Positions 37,678 through 50,652 of a stretch of DNA of 64,000 bases are shown here, one piece after another. The stretch covers positions 41,292,001-41,356,000 of the forward strand of contig NC_043014.1 of assembly GCF_006345805.1 (NCBI RefSeq). The letters run 5' to 3'. The position numbers and the translations under genes were made by a program. Below the pieces are notes generated by a model. That model was given only the letters and a program-made list of their open reading frames with translations, did not search any database and was not told where the DNA came from. The first letter of the stretch is position 1. Every line of letters starts with the position of its first letter. The DNA comes from Octopus sinensis (lineage: Eukaryota).

Positions 37678-38950
37678 CAGAGTGCGATGGGTAAATCGTC
37701 GGTATTTTATATTTTTAATTTCGCGCATGCGCATTGCTTGAGTGTGATTTTGTCGACTACACAGTACGGTAGGGTCAGTTAAGCACCGTCTGTAACAAAA
37801 ACAGTACCATGACACAAAAATTTGAAAACCTCATATTGTGCTGCTTGATATTCACACAGGAAGTTCATAGTTTTGGGGTGTCAATCTGAGGACGGTTTAG
37901 AGGATTCGGAAAGAGTTGGATGTGTCTAATGGTGATCACAAAAGTACGGCAGCTCGGAAAACTCACTCTGATCGTTCTGATAAGAAAAGAACTCCTGAAC
38001 TTCTTGGCCATGATTTCAAGGCCATGAGTGTCAACGATCCCTCCAAGTCAATCAGGTCCACCCCCAGGGACATGCGAGTATCTGAGTTTGTTATCAAGCA
38101 GGTAGTGCATGAAGTCATTCGCTATTCCTCATACAAGATGAGAAAGGGCCAATTGTTATCCCAAGCCATCAAGGATAAGAGGAATGACCGCGCGACGGAG
38201 CGAAGACCTACGATACATTCTCGTCGGCTATTAATGGCAACAGACGCTATGAAAACTCAAGCATCCACTACAAACGAACACGATTTGGTTTTCCTGAAAC
38301 GAGAAAAAATTTTGCCAGCATCAGATGGTGAACACACACTACCACTGTTGGCTTGCTATGCCCACAAAACATGTAGCGAAAGTCATAAAACTCAAACATC
38401 GTTGCGTTTGGAGTAATCACTAGTGATAGTGACATTATTCCTCCATTCGTCTTTCTACACGGCCTCAGACTCCAAACGGAAGCCTACATGAAGTGCCTGG
38501 AGGAGGTAGTGCTACCCCGAATCAAGTAGGTGGCTGCTGGATCAAGTAGGTGGCTACCCTGGATCATGTAGGTGGCTACCCTGGATCAAGTAGGTGGCTA
38601 CCCTGGATCAAGTAGGTGGCTACCCTGGATCATGCAGGTGGCTACCCTGGATCAAGTAGGTGGCTGCAACAGCACTTTGCACATTCGCACACATGCAGGA
38701 GAACCCAGTTATAGCTGTCAGACAATTTCCGCGACCACATCACCCCTAACGTCAGGCCACCTAACTCCCCTTTGATTATTATGTGTGGTGCGCAGATGAG
38801 CGAGAGACCAACAAAATTTCTTGTAACACCAAAGATGAATTGAAAACAAGGATTATGGCAGCATTAACCAACTCAAAGAAGGAGACCGTCCAGGAGAGTT
38901 GCAGGAGATTCCGAAGTCGTCTGGAGGCCGTGATTGAAGCGAATGGCGAC
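37678..38950 (+). mobile_element. Decayed Tc1/mariner-superfamily transposon (maT/DD37D-like)
   Basis: Starts TA|CAGAGTG. Relic peptides RKTHSDRSDKKRTPE..NDPSKSIRS..VVHEVIRYSSYKMRKGQLLS and PFDYYVWCADERETNK..TKDELK..CRRFRSRLEAVIEANG. Confidence 0.75.
38520..38666 (+). repeat. 22-bp minisatellite inside the transposase relic
   Basis: CAAGTAGGTGGCTACCCTGGAT, about 6.5 copies. Confidence 0.9.
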
Positions 38951-38981
38951 TACCCTAGCCACTAAGCCACGCGTCTTCACG

Positions 38982-39053
<72 letters not shown>

Positions 39054-39121
39054 TATATATATATATATATTCATATATATATACATATATATATATATAT
39101 GTATATACATACATATATATA

Positions 39122-39380
<259 letters not shown>

Positions 39381-41072
39381 AAATAGAACCGAACTTAAAG
39401 TATATATATATATATTTACACACACATAAGCACACACACATGTATGTTGTGTGTATGTGTATATACACGCATATGAGCGTATGCAGTCATGTATATTTAT
39501 TTGGACGATTAACGTTGGGAAACATATAAACGTTGGGTGAACATATCTTTAGCCATAAGACAGCACTTTCGATCGTCTTTTGCCAACATCGAACATGGGA
39601 ATTTCTAAGTGAAATTCTTTTTATTTTCCATTTCCATTTCGTTGAATTTGTTGTTATCTTCCGTAGAGCATTCGTCATATGTCTTCCGTGTCTGACATTT
39701 CTCCTGACATTTCAAATTGATGGTTTCATCAGAAGTAGCGTGTTTACATATAGTTAACTTAGTGCACCTTTGACCTTTTTCATGTCAGCAAATGACCTCT
39801 TATAAGGAACTTTGAAAAATGGTCGAATACACTGATTCAAATAAGAAGAAAGTGAAAGAGAGGAAGAGTGAATATAGATGTGTATAAAAGAGATACAAAG
39901 AAGAGAGGCGAAAATAGAGAGACAGAAAGATAAAAAGGAATATGCTTCTAGAATGAAGATTGTACCATAGTAAACAGGCTTTTAAGTTATTGCCATGTAG
40001 GGATCACTTAACGTTTGGCATAATCTGACCTTTGGTAAACAATCAGAGCCCGGCTAACTGTAGAGTGACTTTCACTGTCTGTGAGCCTGTTTGAATGTCG
40101 GCCTGTTGGATCGCATCTTAATAGATTTGTAATGTGTGCAAGAATCTATGCACAAAATATATACGTATATATATATACACACACACATATATAATATGTG
40201 TACACACATATATGTATATATATATATATATATATATAATATAATATATATATATTATATATATATATACACATAGAAACATTATTATTTCTAAATCTTT
40301 ACTATATATATATCATATATATATATATATTGTGTGTGTGAGTGTATGTGTATATATATATGTATATATATCTTCTCATCAATCATAATTGTGTGTGCAT
40401 GAGTGACTACGTAAAGTCATTCTTTTTCAATAGTTTTATTTCTCTTTCTTCTATCTTCTCTTTCTCTCCTCTCTCTCTCTCTCTCTCGTTTCTCTCTTTC
40501 TCTTGTTCTCTGATTGTATGTGATTTTACGAAGCTGCGTATCTGTGGAAATATATCCAGAACTCAATATGTGTGTCTTTGTTTCAAGTTCATCCTGTATA
40601 CGTATGGCTTTCTGTATATGCGTTAGTAAATGTTGGTGCGGCAGAATGTTTCAGTGCATTTAAATATATGTATATTTGAGAGCAACAGTACAATAATCTG
40701 TTGTAGGATCCGTTGATGAAAGTTCAATCTCTCTATTAGCCTCAGAAGAGTTTCATTTGGCAACAGTAGACATAGATGTCATATATATCGTGACATGGCT
40801 GGTGGTATTGTTATTAGAGTAGAAGGGATGACTCACCATATAACATTTACCAACTCATCTGTTCCTCGTGTTCCTTACATACATACACGGATACATACAA
40901 ATATACAAACATGCCTACATACATATATACATACATACATACATACATACACACATACATACATATATACATACATATATATACACATGTATTTACACAT
41001 ACATGTACACATAAGCTCATATATGCATATATATATATACATACATTCATAGTCATATTTACTTACAAGTAA

Positions 41073-41103
<31 letters not shown>

Positions 41104-41211
41104 TACATATATATATTTAATCGGACACACCACTTTAAAATATACACTGCTCTACATCTCAGGGTATGCTTTTCTGATTATATATATATACATACATATA
41201 TACATATATAT

Positions 41212-41294
<83 letters not shown>

Positions 41295-41574
41295 AATATA
41301 TATATATATAAATTATTCCTGTTTTGCGTCCATAAGTATATATAACAGTTAAAACGTTCATTTCGTTAAAAACAGTCTTTTAGATTTATAATGTTTGGAA
41401 AATTGTGATTATGTGATTATCATTATTTACTTTAATTAATAAATTAATGAGTAATGTTTATTAACAAGAAAGTCACCGATTTGTCAGTCCAAACGGTTCA
41501 CTGCAAATATTTGTTCCGTTTGACTAGACACAAATTACATTAGATTTCAGGAAACAGAGAGGAGTGGAGGTTGT

Positions 41575-41708
41575 GAACCGTCCAACCCGTGCTAGCACGG
41601 AAAACGGACGTTAAACGATGATGATGATGATGGGCTTCTTTCAGTTTCCGTCTACCAAATCCACTCACAAGGCTTTGGTCGATCCGAGGCTATTGTAGAG
41701 GTCACTTA
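41575..41708. mobile_element. RTE-type 3' tail (+, ending (GAT)n) fused to a SINE A fragment (-)
   Basis: CCGTCCAACCCGTGCTAGCACGGAAAACGGACGTTAAACGATGATGATG followed by GGCTTCTTTCAGTTTCCGTCTACC. Confidence 0.6.
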
Positions 41709-41841
41709 AAGCCTTTACCATTTGAAATGTAATAAATCTGACGCAATCGAGAATCAAAATTGTTCTGATAGCTTTCCCCACTTTTGCTATGACGTACACC
41801 GTTATTAGAAAATTTCTGGTTGTGTATTTCAGACAAAGTGT

Positions 41842-42365
41842 TTGGCTAATACATAAAGGTACAACATAAAGTGATAACTCTTAACCAGGGTTTATCGAAC
41901 CAGGGGTACATTATCAGGGTTTGGCTAATACATAAAGGTACAACATAAAGTGATAACTCTTAACCAAGGGTTTAGCGAACCAGGGGTACATTATCAGGGT
42001 TTGGCTAATACATAAAGGTACAACATAAAGTGATAACTCTAAACCAGGGGTTTAGCGAACAGGGGAAAATTACCAGGGCTTGGCTAATACATAAACGTAC
42101 AACATAAAGTGATAACTCTAAACCAGGAGTTTAGCGAACCAGGGGTAAATCACCAGGGCTGGCTAATATATATAAACGTACAACATAAAGTGATAACTCT
42201 AATCCAGGGGTTTAGCGAATCAGGGGTAAATCACCAGGGCTTGGCTAATATATAAACGTACAACATAAAGTGGTAACTCTAATCCAGGGGTTTAGCGAAC
42301 CAGGGGTAAATTACCAGGGCTTGGCTAATACATAAACGTACAACATAAAGTGATAACTCTAAACG
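41842..42365 (+). repeat. 80-bp minisatellite, about 6.5 units
   Basis: TTGGCTAATACATAAA(G/C)GTACAACATAAAGTGATAACTCT..GGGGTTTAGCGAACCAGGGGTA.. starting near 41842, 41921, 42001, 42080, 42160, 42241 and 42321. Confidence 0.95.
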
Positions 42366-42481
42366 GGGGTAAGTTACCCCATGTGGGGGTAAAATTGAAA
42401 TTCTTGTTGGGTAATGAAGACTCATGAGACATAAGTAAAATCATATAAAAATGGGGTTCCTTGTTTTGACAGAAATTTTTG

Positions 42482-42802
42482 AACCACATGGTTCCGGGAT
42501 CAGTCCCACTGCGTGGCACCTTGGGCAAGTGACCTCTACAATAGCCTCGGATCGACCAAAGCCTTGTGAGTGGATTTGGTAGACGGAAACTGAAAGAAGC
42601 CCGTCGTATATATGTATATATATGTGTGTGTGTGTATATGTTTGTGTGTCTGTGTTTGTCCCCCCAACATCGCTTGACAACCGATGCTGGTGTGTTTACG
42701 TCCCCGTAACTTAGCGATTCGACAAAAGAGACCGATAGAATAAGTACTAGGCTTACAAAGAATAAGTCCTGGGGTCGATTTGCTCGACTAAAGGAGGTGC
42801 TC
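42482..42802 (+). mobile_element. SINE A (truncated at both ends)
   Basis: Family A consensus match. Confidence 0.9.
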
Positions 42803-44035
42803 TAGCCGGGGTTAATCGATTACATCAACCTCAGTACATAACTGGTAGTAATTTCATCGCCACAGAAAGGATGAAAGGCAAAGTCATCATCAGCGGAATT
42901 TGAACTCAGAGCGTAAGGACGGACAAACTGTCGCTAAGCATTTTCCCGGCGTGCTAACGACTCAGCCAGCTCGACGCCTTATAATCCTATCTCCGGGTAT
43001 TGGCGTCAAATTTTGGCACAAGGCCAGAAACTTCGGGGAAGTGGGTAAGTCGATTACATGAGCTCCAGTACTCAACAGATACTTATTTCATCGATTCCAA
43101 CAAACGAAAGGGAAAGTCATTCCCGGCGGAATTTGAACACAGAACGTAAAGATGGATGAAATGCCACTAAGTATTTTGCATGGCGCGCTAATGACTCTGC
43201 CAGCTCACTGCCTTTTCTTTTCTACTCTAGGCACAAGGCCCGAAATTTTTGGGGAGGGAGCCAGTCGATTAGATCAACCCCAGTACGCAGCTGGAACTTA
43301 ATTTATCGAACCCGAAAGGATGAAAGGCAAATTGGCGGAATTTGAACTCAGAACGCAAGACAGACGAAATACCACTACAAATTTCGCCCGGCCTGCTAAC
43401 GTTTCTGCCAGCTCACCGTCTTACCCTACCTATTTCTTTATTACCCACAAGGGGCTAAACACAGAGAGGACAAACAAGGACAGACAAACGGATTAAGTCG
43501 ATTATATCGACCCCAGTGCGTAACTGGTACTTAATTTATCGACCTCGAAAGGATGAAAGGCAAAGTCGACCTCGGCGGAATTTGAACTCAGAACATAGTG
43601 GCAGACGAAATACCTATTTATTTACTACCCACAAGGGTAGGACAAACAAGGACATACAAAAAGATTAAGTCGATTATATACAGTGAGGACAAACAAGGAC
43701 ATACAAAAAGATTAAGTCGATTATATCGACCCCACTGCGTAACTGGTACTTAATTTATCAACCCCGAGAGGATGAAAGACAGTCGACCTCGGCGGAATTT
43801 GAACTCAGAACGTAACGGCAGACGAAATACGGCTACGCATTTCGCCCGGCATGCTAATGTTTCTGCTAGCTCACCGCCTTACCCTACTACCATATATTGG
43901 TATATCCTTTACCATCTTCGAAAGAATGAAAGGTACAGTTGATTTCGATGGGATTTGCGAGTAGAACATAATTATCTGGGATAAATACTGCAAAGAGTTT
44001 TCTCAAAAATTCTACCACATCTGACAATACACCGC
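42803..44035 (-). mobile_element. Dense cluster of about six SINE B copies
   Basis: Repeated GAAAGGATGAAAGGCAAAGTC..GGCGGAATTTGAACTCAGAAC..GCCAGCTC. Confidence 0.9.
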
Positions 44036-44900
44036 TTTAATGAGGTGGGTTTCGTTAAATTAAACAGGAAAGTACGGAAGGAAAAATCTCAATGTAATGT
44101 TGATATATTCTGAAGAAAAGCTAAATAACTTCCAGTTGAAATCGAAACTGCACCCAGATATTTTTGCTGCGGGAAGTATAGTTAATCAATTACAGTATTC
44201 TTATTCAACCATTCTGTGATTCTATACGAGGAAGAATAGCAGGGTAGCGTCCTTGTTTTCTCTGCGGCAACAATTACATATCAAAATTGTGTAGCATTAA
44301 GTTTTAGGTTTTTCTCAATTTCTGCTCCACGTCTGGGAATCCCTATAGAGAATAGTTGAATATGCTGATAATTCCATTCCCCAAAGTTACTAAGTTAAAA
44401 CCAGCATGATGTTACAACTTATCATAATGTTATACTATAGATTTCTACTTATTTAATTAGAAAATTACTACCTGTGACTTCGAATTAATGACCAACCGAC
44501 CTCCTACTGTGATTTGTTAATTAAAATGACGCCAGTGTGTGCGCGCGACTGTAAGGTGGTGGTAATGTTGGTGGTGGTGGTGATGGTAGAGGTGGACACC
44601 ACATTATTTTCTGTATAGATTATTTTTTCTTTTAATAATGGAGGTACTGAAAGCATCTATTTGTATCAGATTTTAACTTAGTTTACTGGAACTAAGTTTA
44701 AGAAGTTATATCTTTCCTATGGTATGTGAAGAATGAAGAAGTTTTCAAAATTTTACTCTATAAGAAAATGTTTCTAGTGAGCAAAAAGCTAGAGCTACTG
44801 TTGGTTTATAATTCGCCATGGAATTAGAAGAAATTCGTCATCGAAACAATTATTCATATCAAGTATCTTAACAAATATTTACGTGAACAGGTGAGACAGC

Positions 44901-44937
<37 letters not shown>

Positions 44938-45046
44938 TATATCAGCAAAAACAATTAAGATTCAAAAGAATTCAAATGAATTCGGTACTTAACTTAGATG
45001 CACCACGATTCTTTATGGTATTAACCATAAAATTATGTGGGGTGAT

Positions 45047-45101
45047 TATAACCAAGAAAAAAAGCACCGATCCATTCTTGTTGCTTTTTTTCTTGGTTAT
45101 A
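45047..45101. repeat. 20-bp perfect inverted repeat with a 15-nt loop
   Basis: TATAACCAAGAAAAAAAGCA / TGCTTTTTTTCTTGGTTATA. Confidence 0.85.
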
Positions 45102-45189
45102 TATATATATAAATAAGAAAATGGAGGAAGAAATTCATTTCGATCATCAACTTACGGATATTACTATTTCATAACCCCTATCTTACTTT

Positions 45190-45264
<75 letters not shown>

Positions 45265-45372
45265 TATATATATATATAAATATATATATATAGGATAGTG
45301 GTACAACAAAGCACCAATATTTACAGGGAAGTAATACTACTGTATTGCACTATTGAATAATTATATGTATAT

Positions 45373-45456
45373 ATATTACTAAATGTTTCAACTACGTGTA
45401 CTTAACGCATTACTAATGGTGCGATAAGTACATGTAGTTGAAACATTCAGTAATAT
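45373..45456. repeat. Hairpin with arms of about 37 bp
   Basis: ATATTACTAAATGTTTCAACTACGTGTACTTAACGCA / TGCGATAAGTACATGTAGTTGAAACATTCAGTAATAT (3 mismatches). Confidence 0.85.
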
Positions 45457-45537
45457 TGAACTGTCATTGGATGGAGTTCTCATCGTATTGACCTTTACGC
45501 ACTTAATTTCTTATACATACATATGTATATATATATG

Positions 45538-45568
<31 letters not shown>

Positions 45569-45646
45569 GTATGTATATATATATGTATATATATACATAT
45601 GTATATATATTTGTATATATATATATATATATACAAACATATATGT

Positions 45647-46442
45647 GCTGGCTTGATCCATAAGTATCCAGACTGTTGCCATAGTAACGAAACTAAAGCA
45701 CTCAAAGTGAAGCCGCTGGGAACGGATTGATTTTAAACTGTTGCACATGCACACAAAGTTTTAATGTTCTAGCTCGCTTTCGCTGCTTACGGCAATGCTT
45801 GGAAGGAAGGTGTGTAGTGTATGATCGTCTCATTGACTATGGGAGATAGAGTTGAACGGAGAATATGCATCAAGTTTTTTCAAAAGCTTGGCGATACAAG
45901 CTCAGGGGCCTACGCAATGTTTTCAAAATGTTTTAATCTCTCTCGACTCAGTCAAAGAGAAGTTGTGCAACTGAAACCCGAGTGTCTTTTTGGTCCGGTG
46001 AAAGCAATTTTGGCACAAATGGCGGACATGAGTCTCATGCCAAAATCTTCAGTGATAATGGACTGAACTGAACCTTAACTAATCTGCACATCCTCTGATA
46101 ACTCACGGATGTAGATTCGACAATTCCCCTCACAGCTGCACGCACATCTGCAATATTTTTTTCTCAGTTCTGCTGGTTGCGGGTCTCCCAGAACGCTCGT
46201 CAATATCGATATTTTTCGGCCATCTTGGGAACACCTGAACCACTCGGACATCTGTGTACGGCTCATACAATCCTCGCAATACACTGTCTGCAACTTTGCA
46301 TAGGCCCCTGGGCAGGTGTCGGCATGACAACTTTCTCTGTCATGGTCAATGCGATGATCACACGCTACACACCTTCCTTCCAAGCACTGCTGTAAACAGC
46401 AGAAGTTAGCTAAAACGTTAAAACTTTGTACACATGCACAGC
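45647..46442. mobile_element. Mariner-derived fold-back element: two inverted 5' halves
   Basis: Plus strand MGDRVERRICIKFFQKLG. Minus strand YCEDCMSRTQMSEWFR, DERSGRPATSRT, IRELSEDVQIS (mariner HTH region). 45738-45855 is the reverse complement of 46325-46442. Confidence 0.8.
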
Positions 46443-46688
46443 TAATTATTATATCTATATCTTTGTATATGTGTGTGTGGTGGCACATGTGTTAGTTGTT
46501 TTCCGATTAACTCATGATTGTAAGATATTGTGCTTTCGATTCCTGGACCGAGCGATGCGCTGGGTTCTTTAGCAAAACTCTTTATTTTGCGCTTCTCTAG
46601 TCCAGCTGCCAAATGTGAGTAGTTTTGCGACGCCACAGAATCCGGAAAATCGGCCATGTGTTCCTATAGCCTGAGACGGACGCTTAAC

Positions 46689-46729
<41 letters not shown>

Positions 46730-46765
46730 TGTGTGTGCGTGTGTGTATGTATGTATGTATGTATG

Positions 46766-46809
<44 letters not shown>

Positions 46810-47559
46810 CATCTACGTATCATACTTAATATATACACACAGTTGATAAACCAGTTGTTGAAGTTTTTGTCCTGAGATAACATCTGTTCCAGACTTGCTG
46901 TTTTGAAGCTCATAAAAATAAGAGAAAGGCGAAAACTCCTCCAAGCAACCTCCAGGAGCGCCAGAAGCATTTCAGTCAAGTTTATAGTAGTAGACATACA
47001 AAGTACTATGCGAATGGACCGAACTCAGAGTGACGTGGTTCCAAAGTGAAGTTCTTAACTACATAGCCATGCCCCATTTTAATTCTTTATTGACGCTTAG
47101 TACTTCACTTCTCTTCGAGGAATGCTTGAACAAACCAAGAAAGTTACATTTTGTTTGTCAGTAAATTTGCAGAGGCGTGCAATAATTGAGTGTTTTATAA
47201 TTGGTGACGAGGTTTCGCATCAGCTGCGCCGCATTTGAGAAATTATGAAAAATAAAATTTCTGCTAATACCGACTAGAGATCTAGTTTAACGAAAATAAC
47301 CAGTTAAGCTCAATCTTATAATCCTGTTTCTCATTTAGGTACAAGGCCTCCAACCTTGAGAGCAAGGGCCTTGTCAGTACCATCGATCCCAGATCAGTGC
47401 TTAACTGGTACCTTATCTTATTTTATCGATCTCCGAAGGATGAAAGATAAAAAAAAGGGTAAAATTGATGGTAGTCAAAATATGAAGGGGCGAACAAATA
47501 CTCTAAAGCAGGAGTTTGTCAGTACAATCGACTTCACTCTCTTTTTTTCTTTCTCTCTT

Positions 47560-47771
47560 TTTCTTATTTCAGTCATTTGACTGCGGCCTTGCTGGAGCAC
47601 CACCGTTAGTCGGTCGAGCAAATCGACCCCGGAACTTATTCGTTATAAGCCCCAGTACTTATTCTATCGGTCTCTTTTGCCGAACCGCTAAGTGACGGGG
47701 ACGTAAACACACCGGCATCGGTTGTCAAGCAATGCTAGGGGGACAAACACAGACAAACAAACACACACACA

Positions 47772-47870
<99 letters not shown>

Positions 47871-48035
47871 TACGACGGGCTTCTTTCAGTTTCCGTCTAC
47901 CAAATCCACTCACAAGGCTTTGGCCGGCCCGAGGCTATAGTAGGAGACACTTGCCCAAGATGCCACGCAGTGGGACTGAACCCGGAACCATGTGGCTGCT
48001 GGTAACCAAGCTACTTACCACACAGCCACTCCTGC
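47560..48035 (-). mobile_element. SINE A (full length), flanked by degenerate SINE B pieces
   Basis: Family A consensus match. Confidence 0.9.
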
Positions 48036-48890
48036 TTGACTTTATTTTATTGGTACCCGAGCGATGAAAGGTAAAGTTGACCGCAGCGGGATTTGAGCTC
48101 AGAAAATGGAAAGCGACGAATCAAATGCGGCAAAGGAGTTTTCTGACGCTCTAATGATTTTGCCAGCTCGCTGCACAAAATCTATAACATAATCATATCT
48201 GGATGCACGAGAGAGCACTGTAAATTCGAATTTAAAGTAATATTTTTTTTGTGTGCAGATCAATAATACTGTTAGGTACGGAATCGTGGTTGACTGGGTT
48301 GAATTGATTACGCAATTAATGACCTTTGCAAATAGACAAACACTGCAACCTCGTCTCTTAAACACAGAGGCTTTGTGTCTGGTCGAAATAAATCAATATT
48401 TATATACATATATGTTTATGGTTTTCTTCAACGCAAGATGTTTCTTTTAGCAGGTTTCACCGAGTGATTCTAACTCTATATCTTTTTACTTATTTTCATC
48501 GATTCTTAACACTGTGTTATCATTGAATTTTGACATTGTATTAACTATATATTTCTGCCTATTCTCCAGCCCCGGCAACACGTACATAATTGGCAAATAT
48601 GGTAATGTGATGCAAAAATTACTGGCAAAACTGAGTCTATACTCAAGTTCTAATTCTTCTTAGTTATCATTTCATAAATGTATATTCTGAAAGTCTTCTA
48701 ATTACTACTGTTTTGATTGATCCGAGTTTTTATTTCACATACACGGACGAATAATCTTTGATTTTAAAAATTAAAAAAAAACAACATATTTTATGCATGT
48801 TTTGTTGTCCTTTCGTTCTTGGCAAAGTCTGACCGTCTGGATCTACAGTCAAAATAATATTAGACGTTATACAATCAAAATGATAACACG

Positions 48891-49410
48891 ATTCTTTACT
48901 GCCCACAAGGGGCTAAACACAGAGAGGACAAACAAGGACAGGCACAGATATTAAGTCGATTACATCGACCCCAGTGTGTAATTGGTACTTATTTAATCGA
49001 CCCCGAAAGGATGTAAGGCAAAGTCGACCTCGGCGGAATTTGAACTCAGAACGTAACGGCAGACGAAATACGATTACGCATTTCGGCCGGCGTGCTAACG
49101 TTTCTGCCAGCTCGCCGCCTTAAACTGTTGTCGATTCATTCGACTAAAAGTTCTTCAAGGACCTACTTCGGCATGGCCGCAAGATATAAATACTGGTGAC
49201 GATTATATTTCTTTACTACCCACAAGGGGCTAAACACAGTGGGGACAAACAAGGACAGACAGACGGATTAAGTCGATTACATCGACCCCAGTGCGCAACT
49301 GGTACTTAATTTATCGACCCCGAAAGGATGAAAGGCAAAGTCGACCTCGGCGGAATTTGAACTCAGAACGTAGCGGCAGACGAAATACGGTTACGCATTT
49401 CGGCCGGCAT
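48891..49410 (-). mobile_element. Two SINE B copies separated by permuted SINE A tail sequence
   Basis: B at 48891-49119 and about 49206-49410. Spacer homologous to both flanks of the B copy at 62354-62582. Confidence 0.85.
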
Positions 49411-49549
49411 TATTAGACATGATATTAGACATTATACCATAATCGTTTTGACGTTGCTGATTCGACACGATTATTTTACCAGACGTGTTAACGTTTCTCT
49501 CGTTTTATCCCACCTTTTTGTGTCTGTTTGCCTGTGTGTCTGTCTGTCA

Positions 49550-49582
<33 letters not shown>

Positions 49583-50258
49583 ACACACACACATAGACAC
49601 TCAATCTCTCTATCTCTTTCACACACACACGCATTCTCTGTTTATGCTTGTGAGCATATTTCTCTATCTCTGTGAGGAGAGGAAAAGTATTTATGTCAAA
49701 TGTATTGAATTGATAAATTGCAAAATTTCTCTCTCCCTCTCTCTCTCTCACACTGTTTCAATCTATATGCATATATTCCTCCTCGAGCGCGCGCTTGTGT
49801 GTCTTGCTTCCGGCGCCAAAATACACTGTCTCCAAAGCAGGTTGAATGCCAAATCGCCAGTTCCCAATAGACTTGTTCTGCAAAGAAGCATATAAAAGAC
49901 TACCTTAATCACAATGGTTTATTTAGGTACATACATGTTTACGGCATTCTTTAACACATTTTATAGATGCTTCTTTTAGCAGGCTTAACTAAGTAAATCT
50001 ACGCGAAAGCATATCATTTTGCTTTTTGCTTATTTTCTCAGTTTTAAGTGCACCATCATTGAAATTTGAATTTATTTTATTATCTTTAACTTTGGGTCTA
50101 CAACCGCCCCACCTGATGCACATCGTTTTATAAAACGACTTCGTTGCCTTCATGCTTTTTAATACGGTGGATTGACATTAGAAGGAATATTTAGCTGCTA
50201 TTTCAAGCAGCTCAAGTAATTACTGGTGGTATTAATTAATGAATTAATAGTCCTACCG

Positions 50259-50652
50259 AGGGATCTTTTCGGTTTGAACGGCAGTATTTTCTAGTGGTGT
50301 CATATGAAATTGTCACCCATATTTATTACCCTAGTATCGATCTATTGCATTTCAATCTGTTTTAGGGTTAGGGTTAGTTAGGGTTAGGGTTAGTTAGGGT
50401 TAGGGTTAGGTTAGGGGTGGGGGAAGGCTATCTTTTTTTCTTCACAAATGTAAATAAACCCAATCTGCTTCTTAAACGAGGGACATATTCATACGGCACA
50501 GAATGTTGTTTACCTCAATGGACGTCATTGATTGGTTGAAATTGCAGAAAAAGAACAACAAATATCTTACAAACTATAGTATACGAAGTTTAAAATGTTT
50601 TAGTTACCTAGAAATTATGTTAAAAACTGCCGTTCAAACCGAAAAGATCCCT
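50259..50652. mobile_element. MITE with TIRs of about 27 bp, 4-bp TSD (ACCG) and internal TTAGGG repeats
   Basis: AGGGATCTTTTCGGTTTGAACGGCAGT / ACTGCCGTTCAAACCGAAAAGATCCCT. ACCG at 50255-50258 and 50653-50656. Confidence 0.9.

Noticed and set aside
41842-42365. CRISPR-like array (also considered for the 36-bp array)
   Set aside because: No unique spacers, whole units repeat, eukaryotic context, no cas genes.
50361-50417. True telomere or chromosome fusion scar
   Set aside because: Short, degenerate and enclosed within MITE TIRs.
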